Source: Mobula hypostoma
Lineage: Eukaryota
Direction of reading: 5' to 3'
Assembly (NCBI RefSeq): GCF_963921235.1
Contig: NC_086097.1
Location: forward strand, 147,996,001-148,060,000
DNA: 64,000 bases
A model generated the notes under the pieces. It ran no database searches, had not been told where the DNA came from, and saw nothing but the letters and a program-made list of their open reading frames with translations. The position numbers were made by a program, and so were the translations under genes. Positions 13,721 to 27,778 of this stretch are shown here, piece by piece. The first letter of the stretch is position 1. Every line of letters starts with the position of its first letter.

Positions 13721-16700
13721 ATTCAAGTTCAAAGTAAATTTATTACTCAACTTATTACATATATGTCACACATACAACCCACAATTCATTTTTTGTATGC
13801 ATTCACATTAAAAGAAACAAACAAAATGATAATAATGAATAAATAATCAATAAATATGGAGAACATGAGATGAAGAGGCTTGAAAGTGAGTCTAAGTGAG
13901 TTTGTGATGTGAGTAACTTTGAGTTATCCCCTCTAGTTTAAAAATCCAATGGTTGAGGGGTAATAACTGCGTCTAAACCTGGTAGTGTGAGTCCTGAGGT
14001 TCCTGTACTTTCTGATGCAGCAGCAAGAAGAAAGCATGGCTTGGATGGTGGGGGTCCTTCATGGATGCTGCTTTCATAGGAACATAAAAAATAGGTGCAG
14101 GAGTAGGCCATTCAGCCCTTTGAGCCTGCACCACCATTCAGTATGATCATGGCTGATCATCCAACTCAGAACCCTGTACCTACCTTCTCTTCATACTCCC
14201 ACAAGGGAGCCACAAGGGCCATATCTAACTTCCTCTTAAATATAGCCAATGAACTGGTCTCAACTGTTTCCTGTGGCAGAGAATTCCACAGATTCACCAC
14301 TCTCTGTGTGAAGAAGTTTTTGCTCATCTCGGTCCTAAAAGGCTTCCCCTTTACCCTTAAAATGTGACCCCTCGTTCTGGACTTCCCCAACGTCGGGAAC
14401 AATCTTCCTGCATCTAGCCTGTCTAATCCTTTTAGGATTTTGTATGTTTCAATAAGATCCCCCCTCAATCTTCTAAATTCCAGCGAGTATAAGCCTAGTC
14501 GATCCAGTCTTTCATCATATGAAAGTCCTGCCATCCCAGGAATCAATCTGGTGAACCTTCTTTGTACTCCCTCTATGGCAAGGATGTCTTTCCTCAGATT
14601 AGGGGACCAAAACTGCACACAATACTCCAGGTGTGGTCTCACCAAGGCCTTGTACAACTGCAGTAGTACCTCCCTGCTCCTGTACTCGAATCCTCTCGCT
14701 ATAAATGCCAGCATACCATTCGCCTTTTTCACCGCCTGCTGTACCTGCATGCCCACTTTCAATGACTGGTGTATAATGACACCCAGGTCTCGTTGCACCT
14801 CCCCTTTTCCTAATCGGCCACCATTCAGATAATAATCTGTTTTCCTATTTTTGCCACCAAAGTGGATAACTTCACATCTATCCACATTAAATTGCATCTG
14901 CCATGAGTTTGCCCACTCACCCAACCTATCCAAGTCACCCTGCATCCTCTTAGCATCCTCCTCACAGCTAACACTGCCGCCCAGCTTCGTGTCATCTGCA
15001 AACTTGGAGATGCTGCATTTAATTCCCTCATCTAAATCATTAATATATATTGTAAACAACTGAGGTCCCAGCACTGAGCCTTGCGGTACCCCACTAGTCA
15101 CTGCCTGCCATTCTGAAAGGGTCCCGTTTATTCCCACTCTTTGCTTCCTGTCTGCCAACCATTTCTCTATCCACATCAATACCATACCCCCAATACCGTG
15201 TGCTTTAAGTTTGCACACTAATCTCCTGTGTGGGACCTTATCAAAAGCCTTTTGAAAATCCAAGTATACCACATCCACTGGTTCTCCCCTATCCACTCTA
15301 CTAGTTACATCCTCAAAAAATTCTATGAGATTCGTCAGACATGATTTTCCTTTCACAAATCCATGCTGACTTTGTCCAGTGATTTCACTGCTTTCCAAAT
15401 GTGCTGTTATCACATCTTTGATAACTGACTCTAGCATTTTCCCCACCACCGATGTCAGGCTAACCGGTCTATAATTCCCCAGTTTCTCTCTCCCTCCTTT
15501 TTTAAAAAGCAGGGTTACATTAGCCACCGTCCAATCCTCAGGAACTAGTCCAGAATCTAAAGAGTTTTGAAAAATTATCACTAATGCATCCACTATTTCC
15601 TGCGACAGCAGTCCATAGAGATGTGCTCAGTGGTGGGGAGGGTTTTACTCATGATGGACTGGGCTGTATACACTACTTGTAGGATTTTCCATTCAAAGGC
15701 ATTGGTGTTTCCATACCACACTGTGCTGCAACCAGTCAATATACTCTCCACTGCACATCAATAGAAGTTTGTCAAAATTTTAGATGTCATGCCAAACCTT
15801 TGCAAGCTCCTAAGAAAGTAGAGGCACTGCTGTGCTTTCTTCGTAATGGCACTTGCGTGCTGGACCCAGAAGAGTTCCTCTGAAATGATAACATTGAGGA
15901 ATTTAAAATTGCTGTTTCTCCCCACCTTTGATCCCCTGATGTAGACTGGCTTATGGACCTTCAGTTTCCTCGTTCTATAGTCATTGATCAACTCCTTGAT
16001 CTTGGTGATATTGAGTAACAGGTTGTTGTTGTAGCACCACTCAAGCAGATTTTCAATCTCCCTTCTATATGCTGATTCATCGCCATCTTTGATTTGGCCA
16101 ACAACAATGGTGTCATCAGCAAACTTAAATAAGGCACTGGAACTGTGCTTAACTTCACAGTAAATATAAAGTGAGTAGAGGACGGAGCTAAGCTCACAGC
16201 CTTGCGGTGCACCTGTGTTGATGATGATTGTAGAGGAGATGTTGTCAATCCGAACAGACTGGGGTCTGCAAGTGAGGAAATTGAGGATCTCATTGCATAA
16301 GGAGGTATTGAGGCCTAGGTCTTTGACATAGTGATTTGTTTTGAGGGGATGATGGTATTGAATACTGAGCTGTAGTCAATGAAGAGCATCTTGATGTATG
16401 CATCTTCATTGTTTAAATGTTCCAGGGTTGAGTCAAGACCCAATGGAATGACATCTGCTGTTGACCTTTTGTAATGGCAGGCAAATTGCATTGGATCTAA
16501 GTTGCTCCTCAGGCAGGAGTTAATATGTTTCATCACCAAACTCTCAAAGTACTTCATCACAGTGGACATAAGTGCTACTGGACAATAGTCACTGAGGAAG
16601 TTGCCACCTTCTCCTCGGGCACCAGTATAATTGAATCCTGCTTGAGGCAGGAGGGTACCTCAGACTCCCGAAGCGAGAGGTTAAAGATCTCAGTGAACAC

Positions 16701-17110
16701 TTCAGCTAATTGATTAACCTGGTCTTTAGTACTCGGCCAGTTATCTCGTCTGAGCCAGATGCTTTTCTCCTAAAGAATGCCCTCACTTCATCCTCAGAGA
16801 CTGAAATCACAGAGTCATCAGTTGATATGAGAGCATGTGAAGGTGTCTCCATGTTTTGATGATCAAAGTGAGCATAAGAGGCATTGAACTCATCTGGGAG
16901 CAAAGTATTGTTGTCACCTATGTCACTTGGTTTCACTTTGTAGGAGATGATAGCATTCATGGCCCTGCCACAGTTATTGAGTATCCTTCAGTGGTTCTAG
17001 TTTGAGTTTAGAATTGCCACTTCATATGTGGAGTTGGTTTTCCGGAGGTCATACCTGGATCTCTTGAATTTTACAGGGTCGCTAGACCTGAATGACACTG
17101 ACCTGGTGAA
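13721..17110 (-). mobile_element. Decayed Rex1/Babar-clade LINE (RT and 3'UTR), split by a CR1 insertion at 14076-15600
   Basis: Minus ORFs: MKYFESLVMKHINSCL..NLDPMQFA..KRSTADVI...[44 protein letters not shown]...[15 protein letters not shown]. Host sequence resumes across the CR1 (gatgctgctttc | tgcgacagca). Confidence 0.8.
14076..15600 (-). mobile_element. Young 5'-truncated CR1 LINE with an uninterrupted 475-aa RT segment
   Basis: ORF 14166..15593: [54 protein letters not shown]. Confidence 0.96.
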
Positions 17111-18037
17111 TATTTCAAATGGAATTGGATTATTGCTTGAAGGAAAGAAATTTATTGGCCATTGGGCATCCTTGCTTAATATTACCAATAGTTCTTTATA
17201 TATCCTGAATATTATAGCTTTAAATAACTCTTGTTTTGACGTCAATGTTGATCTCTTAATCAGCTTTTGCCCTTATTTTTTTCTGGAACTATATCAGATG
17301 CTGATACTTGACTCCTTTAGCATCTTTTTGCAATCTTAGAAATTTCAAACCTCAGTCCCAGACTACGAATTAATGTTGTATTTAACTACCAATCATTGTC
17401 TAGGCTATGTCCTTTCACCAGGTTTCTCTCCAGTTTATGAAATATATCCAAATAAAAGAGATTAGGCAGAGGATTGCTGATTGATGTGTAATTTGATGTG
17501 TCATCTTGGCAATTATACGAATCATGGGATATTCACCAAGAATCTCTGGCTTGGCTCTATTGATGGCCTCACTGGAAGCATTAATCTGCTACATTTTCAG
17601 GATTTGTTCTTCTATATTTTTGGCTACCAATCCTTGTTCCTTGAAAGATTTTTTTCTAAATTAAACCTGTATGTTTCTCAAAATATATTTATAGAAAGCA
17701 TTTGCAGATGTGAATGTAAGGTGCTATTTTACCACAGAAGACTTATTTCAAATATAGTAGATTGTAGTTAATTGGATCACATCAAGATCAGTACATTTTG
17801 GCCCAATTAAGTGGATGTCCCAATTAGCCGAAGATTCATAAAAATAGTTAAAAAGGTATTTTTTAAAAACTACCATTTAACTGAGTAATAAGTTATGTAT
17901 TTAAATGAAAAACAGAACAAATTAGAACACTTTCAATACTACTGCATTGCTATTAAACTGTGTTAGTTCCTAATAGTTATCAACAAGAAGAATCATTCTA
18001 GTGTATGCTGCGGTGTTCTTTTGATTAACTGTAAATG

Positions 18038-20277
18038 AACATAGAATAGTACAGCACAGTACAGGCCCTTCGGCCCACAATGTTGTGCCGACCCTCAAAC
18101 ACTGCCTCCCATATAAGTCCCCAACTTAAATTCCTCCATATACCTGTCTAGTAGTCTCTTAAACTTCACGAGTCTATCTGCCTCCACCACTGACTCGGGC
18201 AGTGCATTCCACGCACCAACCACTCCCTGAGTAGAAAACCTTCCTCTAATATCCCCCTTGAACTTCCCACCCCTTACCTTAAAGCCATGTCCTCTTGTAT
18301 TGAGCAGCAGTGCCCTGGGGAAGAGGCGCTGGCTATCCACTCTATCTATTCCTCTTATTATCTTGTACACCTCTATCATGTCTCCTCTCATCCTCCTTCT
18401 CTCCAAAGAGTACAGCCCTAGCTTCCTTAATCTCTGATCATAATGCATACTCTCTAAACCAGGCAGCATCCTGGTAAATCTTCTCTGTACCCTTTCCAAT
18501 GCTTCCACATCCTTCCTATAGTGAGGCGACCAGAACTGGACACAGTACTCCAAGTGTGGCCTAACCAGAGTTTTATAGAGCTGCATCATCACATCGCAAC
18601 TCTTAAACTCTATCCCTCGACTTATGAAAGCTAGCACCCCATAAGCTTTCTTAACTACCCTATCCACCTGTGAGGCAACTTTCAGGGATCTGTGGACATG
18701 TACCCCCAGATCCCTTTGCTCCTCCACACTACCAAGTACCCTACCATTTACTTTGAACTCTGCCTTGGAGTTTGTCCTTCCAAAGCGTACCACCTCACAC
18801 TTCTCAGGGTTGAACTCTATCTGCCACTTCTCAGCCTACTTCTGCATCCTATCAATGTCTCTCTGCAATCTCTGACAATCCTCCACACTATCTACAACAC
18901 CACCAACCTTTGTGTCGTCTGCCAACCCACCCTCCTATCCCCACATCCAAGTCGTTAATAAAAATCACGAAAAGTAGAGGTCCCAGAACAGATCCTTGTG
19001 GGACACCACTAGTCACAATCCTCCAATCCGAATGTACCCCCTCCACCACGACCCTCTGCCTTCTGCAGGCAAGCCAATTCTGAATCCACCTAGCCAAACT
19101 TTCCTGCATCCCATGCCTTCTGACTTTCTGAATAAGCCTACCGTGTGGAACCTTGTCAAATACCTTACTAAAATCCATATAGATCACATCACCTGCACCA
19201 GCCTCATCTATACGTCTGGTCACCACCTCAAAGAACTCTATCAGGCTTGTTAGACACAATCTGCCCTTCACAAAGCCATGTTGACTGTCCCTGATCGGAC
19301 CATGATTCTCTAAATGCCTATAAATCCTATCTCTAAGAATCTTTTCCAACAGCTTTCTCACCACTGACGTAAGGCTCACTGGTCTATAATTACCCGGACT
19401 ATCCCTACTACCTTTTTTGAACAAAGGGACAACATTCACCTCCCTCCAATCCTCCGGTACTATTCCCGTGGACAACGAGGACATAAAGATCCTAGCCAGA
19501 GGCTCAGCAATCTCTTCCCTCGCCTCGTGGAGCAGCCTGGGGAATATTCCGTCAGGCCCTGGGGACTTATCCGTCCTAATGTATTTTAACACCTCCAGCA
19601 CCTCCTCTCCCTTAATATCAACATGCTCCAGAACATCAACCTCACTCATATTGTCCTCACCGTCATCAAGTTCACTCTCATTGGTAAATACCGAAGAGAA
19701 GTATTTATTGAGGACCTTGCTCACTTCCACAGCCTCCCACCTTTAGCTCTAATCGGTCCTACCTTCACTCCTGTCATCCTTTTTTTCTTCACATAATTGA
19801 AGAATGCTTTGGAGTTTTCCTTTACCCTACTCGCCAAGGCCTTCTCATGACCGCTTCTTGCTCTTCTCAGCCCCTTCTTAAGCTCCTTTCTTGCTTCCCT
19901 ATATTCCTCAATAGAGCCATCTGATCCTTGCTTCCTAAACCTCATGTACGCTGCCTTCTTCCACCTGACTAGATTTTCCACCTCACTTGTCACCCATGGT
20001 TCCTTCACCCTACCATTCTTTATCTTCCTCACCGGGACAAATTTATCCCTAACATCCTGCAAGAGATCTCTAAACATCGACCACATGTCCATAGTACATT
20101 TCCCTGCAAAAACATCATCCCAATTCACACCCGCAAGTTCTAGCCTTATAGCCTCATAATTTGCCCTTCTCCAATTAAAAATTTCCCTGTCCTCTCTGAT
20201 TCTGTTCTTTTCCATGATAATGCTAAAGGCCAGGGAGCAGTGGTCACTGTCCCCCAGATGCTCACCCACTGAGAGAT
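18038..20277 (-). mobile_element. 5'-truncated CR1 LINE (end of endonuclease, linker, RT, 3'UTR)
   Basis: ORFs 19721..20317, 18888..19730, 18095..18793: [40 protein letters not shown]; small frameshifting deletions. Confidence 0.96.
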
Positions 20278-20422
20278 CAACACAGACACCTAGTGTAAGA
20301 CAATGGAGCGCCTTCATACAATGCTATCAACAATTGCATCCTCCAAATCTTAATTTTCATTGTAATATTCAAAAAGAGAAATAATGTATGAGATCATGAA
20401 AAGGCAACATAACTTTATTGGA

Positions 20423-20619
20423 ACAACACACACAAAAAATGCTAGTGAACGCAGCAGGTCAAGCAGTTCACTATCCCTTCTTTCAGTTCGTCCTGACGAA
20501 GGGTCCCGGCCCAAAACATCGACTGTACCTCTTCCTATAGATGCTGCCTGACCTATTGCGTTCACCAGCATTTTTTGTGTGTGTTGCTTGAATTTCCAGC
20601 ATCTGCAGATTTCCTCGTG
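20423..20619 (+). mobile_element. Short PLE terminal-repeat insertion with a 5' inverted segment
   Basis: Matches the 3' end of the PLE at 40533-44190; 20423-20466 is an inverted copy of about 20543-20586. 13-bp TSD taactttattgga / taacttcattgga. Confidence 0.88.
20489..20524 (+). ncRNA. Minimal hammerhead ribozyme motif, core mutated (GAAAC-GUC to AAAAC-AUC)
   Basis: cgtc-CTGACGA-agggtcccggccc-AAAAC-ATC-gact; both changes look like CpG decay. Confidence 0.6.
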
Positions 20620-22053
20620 TAACTTCATTGGACATGTGATTAGGAAAGAGGAGTTAGAATGCACGGTAATTATGGGAAAGATTGAAGGGAGGAAAGCACA
20701 AGGAAGACAAAGACAAATGATGATAGGGACAGCAGCCAGAGAACTGGAAATGAATACCAATGAATTGAACCACTTGACCCGAAACAGGAGTGTGTGGGCC
20801 ATGGCAGTCAAAGCTCAAACTGGGCATGGCACCTGATGATGATGATGAATATTCAAGACGACTCTTGATACCTTCGAATTCTTCATAATTCCTAACTTGT
20901 TCAAGTAGTGAAATCATTTCAGTTTCAATCCTAGCCATTTTTCGCATCTCCAAGCCTGAATGCTTTAAAACACTGTTTGCAAAACAGTTCTGAATTGTCT
21001 TTCTGCATATTTCCTACCAATTATCAGTGTCAAAAATCACTGCTTTTTGAACACAACCACACACAACTGATTCTATTATAAATTGTTCATTCTAAGCATT
21101 GTGTAAGGTCTAACGGCCATGCAAATACATGTGACTGACACTGGGCAACAGTCTCCTGCCCCAATTAAGCGGCATATTGTTCCAAATTAATGAAGGGAGT
21201 CCCGACTATTTTCTCAATCAGTTTTTTTGTTCTTTAAGAATTGGCCCAAATAAGTGGCTGCCCCGATTAACTGATGGCCCAATTAACCAGAATCCACTGT
21301 ATATCCTATCTCAGCATGATATATCTTCGTGATTTAACAGTGATTTGAATTGGAGCTCTAGTCAACTAATGGGAGACTAACTATCCATGCTATAGTGCTG
21401 TGTAAGATCACCAATGCTGGTCAATGGTCAGATGTCCTCATAAATGGTCAACAATTTTTCTTTAATTTTCCCCAGCATCATTTACTTGTCCTACCTTCAA
21501 ATTAATTTCAAACTATATACCCTGGCAATTTATAGGGTAAAATAGTTTATAATTTCTGCTAAACTGTATCATGACACATTTTTAACCATTTGGGAGAACT
21601 GACATAAATATGTTACTGATCCATGGCTGTGCACATGACTAAATTAATCATGCATTAACCACTATCTAGTAAAGGAAATTGCCGTGCAATAGTGAATGAT
21701 TGTTTGGTTGCATTACATGCACTGTTTAGCAGTAAGTAGTTTCTGATAAACAGCATAAATCTCCTTTTAACATGGCCTTTATCTCAAGTATGTTGGAATA
21801 CAAAATCAAGGTAATAGTGCTTCAGTTGCAAAGAGCCTTGGGCAAGCATTAGTCCATGTTAGTCTTGATATTAACTCATTAACATTTTAAGCTATTTTTC
21901 TAAATTGTGGGTTTAGTTTGCCTTATTTTATTTCTGTTCCCTTGAGTTCTGACAATTGATTCAAGGTATTATAGATGGTAAAGGATTTTATTTTTAGGGT
22001 AGTGAGAGAAGATCATTGTGGAATATAGGACAAGCAGACATAAAATTTGAGTT

Positions 22054-22293
22054 ACACACATCAAAGTTGCTGGTGAACGCAGCAGGCCAGGCAGCATCTG
22101 TAGGAAGCGGTGCAGTCAACGTTTCAGGCCGAGACCCTTCGTCAGGACTAACTGAAGGAAGAGTGAGTAAGGGATTTGAAAGTTGGAGGGGGAGGGGGAG
22201 ATCCAAAATGATAGGAGAAGACAGGAGGGGGAGGGATAGAGCCAAGAGCTGGACAGGTGATAGGCAAAAGGGGATACGAGAGGATCATGGGAC
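22054..22293 (-). mobile_element. Short PLE terminal-repeat insertion (240 bp)
   Basis: Nearly identical to 40566-40801; perfect 15-bp TSD cataaaatttgagtt at 22039-22053 and 22294-22308. Confidence 0.92.
22114..22149 (-). ncRNA. Minimal type I hammerhead ribozyme motif (GUU triplet)
   Basis: Minus strand AGTC-CTGACGA-AGGGTCTCGGCCT-GAAAC-GTT-GACT. Confidence 0.75.
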
Positions 22294-23599
22294 CATAAAA
22301 TTTGAGTTGACCATTTACAAGTAAAATCAAGGAGCACATGAGAGTTAATAGAAATTTATATTCTCCCTCGGCAGAGTCAATTGAATTTTTCAAGACACTG
22401 ATTTTGTGATGGGAATAAAGAAATTTAGATGTGAATATATGTCATCATATAAGCCAAAGTAAGGGAGATGCAAAGCAGTTGTGTGATTGTATTACCACTT
22501 TTGCATAAGTTTCTGGGTTAGTTAACACTGTCATTGAGGTTTGATGTAACAATTTTGTGTACTGTAGTGCTGTTTTCCTAGCATTGAGCTTGGCCTGATG
22601 TAATCAGTTGTGTAGCACCCAAAAAATAATCTCTGCCAATATTAAATAAATCAAGGTGATAAACAGTATTATCAGGAGCTTTTTCTCCAGCATTGTAGCC
22701 TGTCTGCTGCCATCTGCTCTCAATCTGCTACTAGCAACAGTGATCCAGCATCCGCTCCAGTTTATTAAGTTTGTAAATCAAGGTACAACTTTTTATTAAT
22801 CGAATATCATTCTGGGGAACAGGAACAACTCCAAACACCTCTTTTCCACAATGCATTTCTCCTCTTGGTCACTGTTTTGTCATAGCTGGAAGTTACTTTT
22901 GTGCCCAAAACTGTGAACTTCTCGTTGACTTTCCAACCCTCCATTCAGTGGTTTTCCTCTGCTCATTTTATCTTTTTGCTGCCAGCCAGTATTCCATATT
23001 CTTCTGTCTGTTCCCAATAACATGCTGTCATTAAACTCATTGCTTTCATGAAGTTCAGCAGTTGTTCTTTCAGATCCAAATTTTCTTACTGTCTTGATCA
23101 CTGTCTCTATAAATGCTTAAAACTAGAGATATTGACTTCAAAACATGAAAAATGCAGCTTAACTGTAGCAAAAAGTGAATAAATCTCTCAGCCTTTCAAT
23201 CCAATTCTTTTTCCATTTAAAGTTTTTGCCCATCACAGTTAGCGACTGAAAGCATTGGTTAATAGGCTGAACTAATTCTGGTATGAAATTAATGAAAAGA
23301 AAATTGGTCAGAGTTAAAACAAGCTACTAACTTCCCATTGCTTGATTTGTGTTACTGCCCAGAACACATTCTACTGTGCTAACGTTGAGGAAGTTGAGTT
23401 TATTCATTGTTCAAACAAATTAAATGTAAAATGTTGGATAACTACTAAATTTTTGAAATTATATGAGTAATCATTTACCTATTCACTATTGTATTGTGTG
23501 TTAGTGTACATTGTTTCTGGGTCATTCATACATAAGTCACATAGACTATATTTTAACATCTAATGTGTCAACTATGCACTTCTAGGCACTAGCCTTCCT

Positions 23600-25290
23600 A
23601 CAAGAACCTTGGATGTCAAGAGAGGTGATGAATTTAGTCAAGGAGAAAAAGGAAAAGTATGTAAGCTAGAAACAAATAGGGCCCTTAAAGATTAAAAAGA
23701 AGCCAGAAAAGGACTCAAGAAGGGAATTGGGGTCATGGGTAGTCCTTGGCAAGTAGGATTAAATAGAATCCAAAGGCATTCTATAAATGCAACAAGAGCA
23801 AAACTAGGGGAGGTAGGACTACTCAAGGATAAAGGGAGAACATTTGCTTGAATGTGGGTGAAGTCCTTACTTCACATCAGTGCTGACAGAATTGATATGC
23901 TAGGGCACTTCAAGGTAAAGGAGGAGGGAGTATTGGGTCTCTTGAAGAGCATTAAGGTGGCTAAGTCCTCAGGGCCTGATGGGATATACCCTAGGTTATT
24001 GAGAGAGGCAAGTGAAGAGATTGCTGGGATCTTAAGCAATATCTTTGTGTCCTCTCTAGCCATAGGTGAGGTCCCCAAGGACTGGCAAGTAGCTAATGTT
24101 GTTCCATTGTTCAAGAAGGGATCAGCGATAATCTAGGAAACTATAGACCAGAGAGTCTCACATCAGTGATAGGCAAGGTACTGGAGAAAATTCTTAGCAA
24201 TAGGATCTGTAGTAATTTGGAAAATCATGTCCTAATTAGGGAGAGCCAGTATGGCTTTGTGCAGGGCAAGTTGTGTCTTAATAGCTTGATGAAGTTTTTT
24301 GACGAGGTAGTGTAAGTGACTGATGAAGGTAAAGCTGTCGATGTTATCTACATGGATTTTAGTAAGGCATTTGAAAATGTCCCTTGTGAGGCTCATCCAG
24401 TATATTAAGATGCATGAGATCCATGGTGAATTGGCTATTTGGATTTAGAACTGGCATGCCTACAGAAGACAGTATAGTTGTCATATAGACATATATAGAA
24501 ATGATACAATATTCCTCCGGTGTGATATCACAGAAACACAGGACAGACCAAGACTGAAAAACTGACAAAAACCACATAATTATAACATATAGTTACAACA
24601 ATGAAAGCAATACCATAACTTGAAGAACAGGCCAAGGGCACAGTAAAAAGAATTCAAAGTCTCTCGAAAGTCCCACATCTCACACAGACTCTCCCTGAGG
24701 AAGAAAACTCTCCCTGCCATGCCTGACCACAGTCTGACTCTGAGTCGACCGAAAACTTCGAGCCTCCGACACCGAGCACCATCTCTGCTGAGCGCTTCGA
24801 CCCCAGTCCCGGCCGTCAGCAGCAGGCAAAGCTGAGGATTTTGGGACCTTCCTTCCAGAGATTCTCGATTGCACAGTAGCAGCGGCAGCGATCCGGGCAT
24901 TTCAGAAGTTTCTCCAGATGTTCCTCCATGCTTCTCACGGCTGTCTCCATCAAATCAGAATTGTGCACGGTACCCTATTTAACAAATACAATATCATTTC
25001 ACCGGAGAGCTGCGCGCTGCGTCGCACCACCATCTTCTCCTCCTTAGTTTGCAGATAATATGAAGATCGGTGGTATTTTGGATAATGTAAGAAACTGGAT
25101 ATAGAATACAGCAGGATATAGATCAGTTGTAGATATGGACAGAGAAATGCAGATGAGGTTTAACCCAGCCAAATGTGAAGTGTACCATGGTAGGTCAAAT
25201 GCAAAGAGGCAGTATACACTGTTAAGGGCAAGAGCAGAGGGATCTTGGGGTCCAAGTTCATAGCTCCCTGAAAGTGGCTACATAGGTTGA
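23600..25290 (+). mobile_element. Decayed CR1 LINE, interrupted at about 24480-25045
   Basis: ORF 23852..24136 KSSGPDGIYPRLLREASEEIAG...[17 protein letters not shown]; resumes at 25047 with FADNMKIGG. Confidence 0.85.
24482..25045 (-). mobile_element. Unclassified non-coding retroposon-like insertion
   Basis: Interrupts a CR1. The minus strand starts GGAGAAGATGGTGGTGCG (GC/CpG-rich head) and ends in a TG-rich tail ...tatatgacaa. No recognisable ORF or tRNA boxes. Confidence 0.55.
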
Positions 25291-27778
25291 TGCCTTCTTA
25301 TTCTAGCTTCTTCCCTCTTCTTTCCAGTTCAGGTGAAGGCTCTTGGACAAAAACATCAATTGTTTGTTTATTTCCATAGATACTTCTTAACTTGCTAAGT
25401 TATTTCACACTTTTGTCGATAGAATCTCTTGTGTTTATGAACAGCAAAAAAAGTCCCTTTCCCACCCTCCCATCCACCCATTCACACACAGAGACAGACC
25501 TCCAACGCCAGGACAGTCTTCCTCCAGGCCTCCAATCCTTGGCCCTGGACTCTCAGGTTCGCACACATTAGCCTCCACTTTGGACTCTGCCTCCAGACAC
25601 ACCATTCAGGCATTTGACATTTGTGCCTAGACCTTGGGATTCACTGATCAGGGGGACCTTATTACCTCAACATCTGGACCCACGTGGGCTTCTGACCTTG
25701 GTGACCTGGGACTTCCAACCCTTGTGACCTGGGTCCTCGTGACTCTTTACCTTCAGTCTTCGATCTTAAGTCTTCTACCTCTGGACATGCCGTGGACTGG
25801 ACTTCGATCTTCAGCTTTACTCCTCCGAACTTCACCAATGTCTTGCTGATAATTGGTTTGAAAGAGAAACTTGGAGCAAAGGTTATAGTCTAGAACCTTG
25901 GGAATGAGAATTCCACTTCACCTCATCATTCATTCTCCTCACAAATTCATTCTCTTCATTTTAAGATACCGATGTTATCTTTTTGCCCTTCAAATCTGCC
26001 AGCATGATCTCTTCAAAAGTTGTCTACATATGAAAAAATTTCAAACAAAAAAGAAAACAACTAACATCAAAATATGAGAGAGGAGAAATTCAAGCTTGAG
26101 AAAATGTGCCTGAGTCATCCTGGTTTGTGATAGGATACAAGTGTTCCAACCTTTTTTATACTGTAGACCAATACTATTGAGCAAGGGGTCCATGGCCCCC
26201 AGGATCAGGAACCCCTGGGTTAGAGGAATTTGGATGAAGGTAAAATTCATATAAAATTCAAGGTCAGTCAAGCATCAAGCCACAGCTACAACCTGTTGGT
26301 AGTAATTAAGCAGGCCTGCTAGATGTGGAGATAGCAAGTGTAATGGGAAAGGAAAAAAGCTTTTCCTTGAGTAGCTGACAGCAGATTTGATGTTGAATGT
26401 GGATTAGTGAAATGCATTAGTTAAATATGAATAGATATCTCATTGGGAGTAAGGATTTCACAGATAATCACAGAGTTGATGGACTTTGCTAATGGACGTA
26501 ATTTGTTAAATAGATTTGACATTGTAAATTTGCTTAAAGAATAATCATATCTGTATCATTTTACAGGTTGCTTTATTAAAGACTTGGAACATTGACTTTA
26601 CAAAGTTGGTTCTTAATTAAAAGAAATCTTACAATTGATGCTTTAACAATCTCTTATGGTGAGATTTGAAACTTTATAGCTCTAGGTCTGGTCTAGTGAA
26701 ATGCAGGCTGATAGAATTTTGCCTTCTTTTGAAGATGAAGGACTGGGTAAGGAAATGGATTTGAATCCTTTAAAATATAAAAACTGCTATTTAAGGTTAG
26801 TTATTATTTGAATGTTTCTTTAAGGATCATCAAACAAAATTCGATACTTAGTACACAAGAAGCTATGATTGTTGACAAAGGAAATAGAATAAGCTGTTTA
26901 GCCCCACATGCCTACTCCACCAGTCAATGAAATTATGGATGATTTATACTAACCCTCAAGTCAGATTCTTCATATATTATCATCAAAAGCAGAAGCAGAA
27001 AATGCTGGAATTATTCTCTGGGTCAGCCAAAATCTGTGGAAAAACGGAGCTTACACTTAATGTCCACGAGCCTTTAGGTAATCAACTGTCAAAACTGTAA
27101 AATTAGAAATTGATCTGAGCTTAAATGGTATTTACAGAAAAGCAACTCATTTCCAAGATTACATTTTTAAAAAGTGCTTTGTAAAAGTAGCAATGTGCAA
27201 AGATAATTTAGGAAAGTAGGTGGAAGTGAAAAGTGAATAACATCAGCAAAGTCTACAAAAGCATGGAAGGAAATGCAAAAAGGAGTGCCTAAAATTTATA
27301 AGATCCTTTCCAAAATTTACATATATCCAATTTTAAGAAAATTGCACCGATTTCTGAAATATTCTGTCTTTTGATATCTTAATTGGGTATACTCTTGGGG
27401 TTAGATGAAAATGGAAGATGGGACACTTCTGTAAGTGGCCTAAATCATTTCACTTCAGCTTGCTGCCCAGGCACTATACAAAACAGCATGCAGTCATGCC
27501 CCAATTTTCTTACGTATGCATTGTGCAAAGTCCCTGTGATAGCACAGTCACTCATAAAATTTATCATAGTTAACAGTCTATAGATAAATGTGTTAAAGCA
27601 CCAAGTATAAATAAGACTGAAGTACAAATGAACCATGATGAATGAAAGAACTAGATGACTTGCTCCTGTTCGAGTTTTTTTAATTATTTATATTTAGCAT
27701 TTATTACTATCACTAATTACACTTGAAAAAGAGACTATTAAGAACCAACCACATTGATGGGCTTGGAGTGACATATAG

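Larger units (their letters stand above)
20373..20847 (+). mobile_element. RTE-clade (BovB-like) LINE 3' fragment, interrupted by a mini-PLE
   Basis: KRQHNFIGHVIRKEELECTVIMGKIEGRKAQGRQR resembles the RTE/BovB C-terminus; (GAT)n tail; 9-bp TSD aatattcaa at 20364-20372 and 20848-20856. Confidence 0.8.
17755..21299. mobile_element. Tigger/pogo-like non-autonomous DNA transposon hosting nested CR1, RTE and PLE insertions
   Basis: Left end TA-tagtagattgtagttaattgg, right end ccaattaaccagaatccactg-TA (TIR consensus CAGTGGATTCTGGTTAATTGG). Collinear with the second copy at 44430-45037 once the nested inserts are removed. Confidence 0.75.

Noticed and set aside
26138..26217. Tiny hAT-like MITE
   Set aside because: Ends loosely resemble CAGGGGTTCCCAACC but are degenerate and I found no 8-bp TSD.
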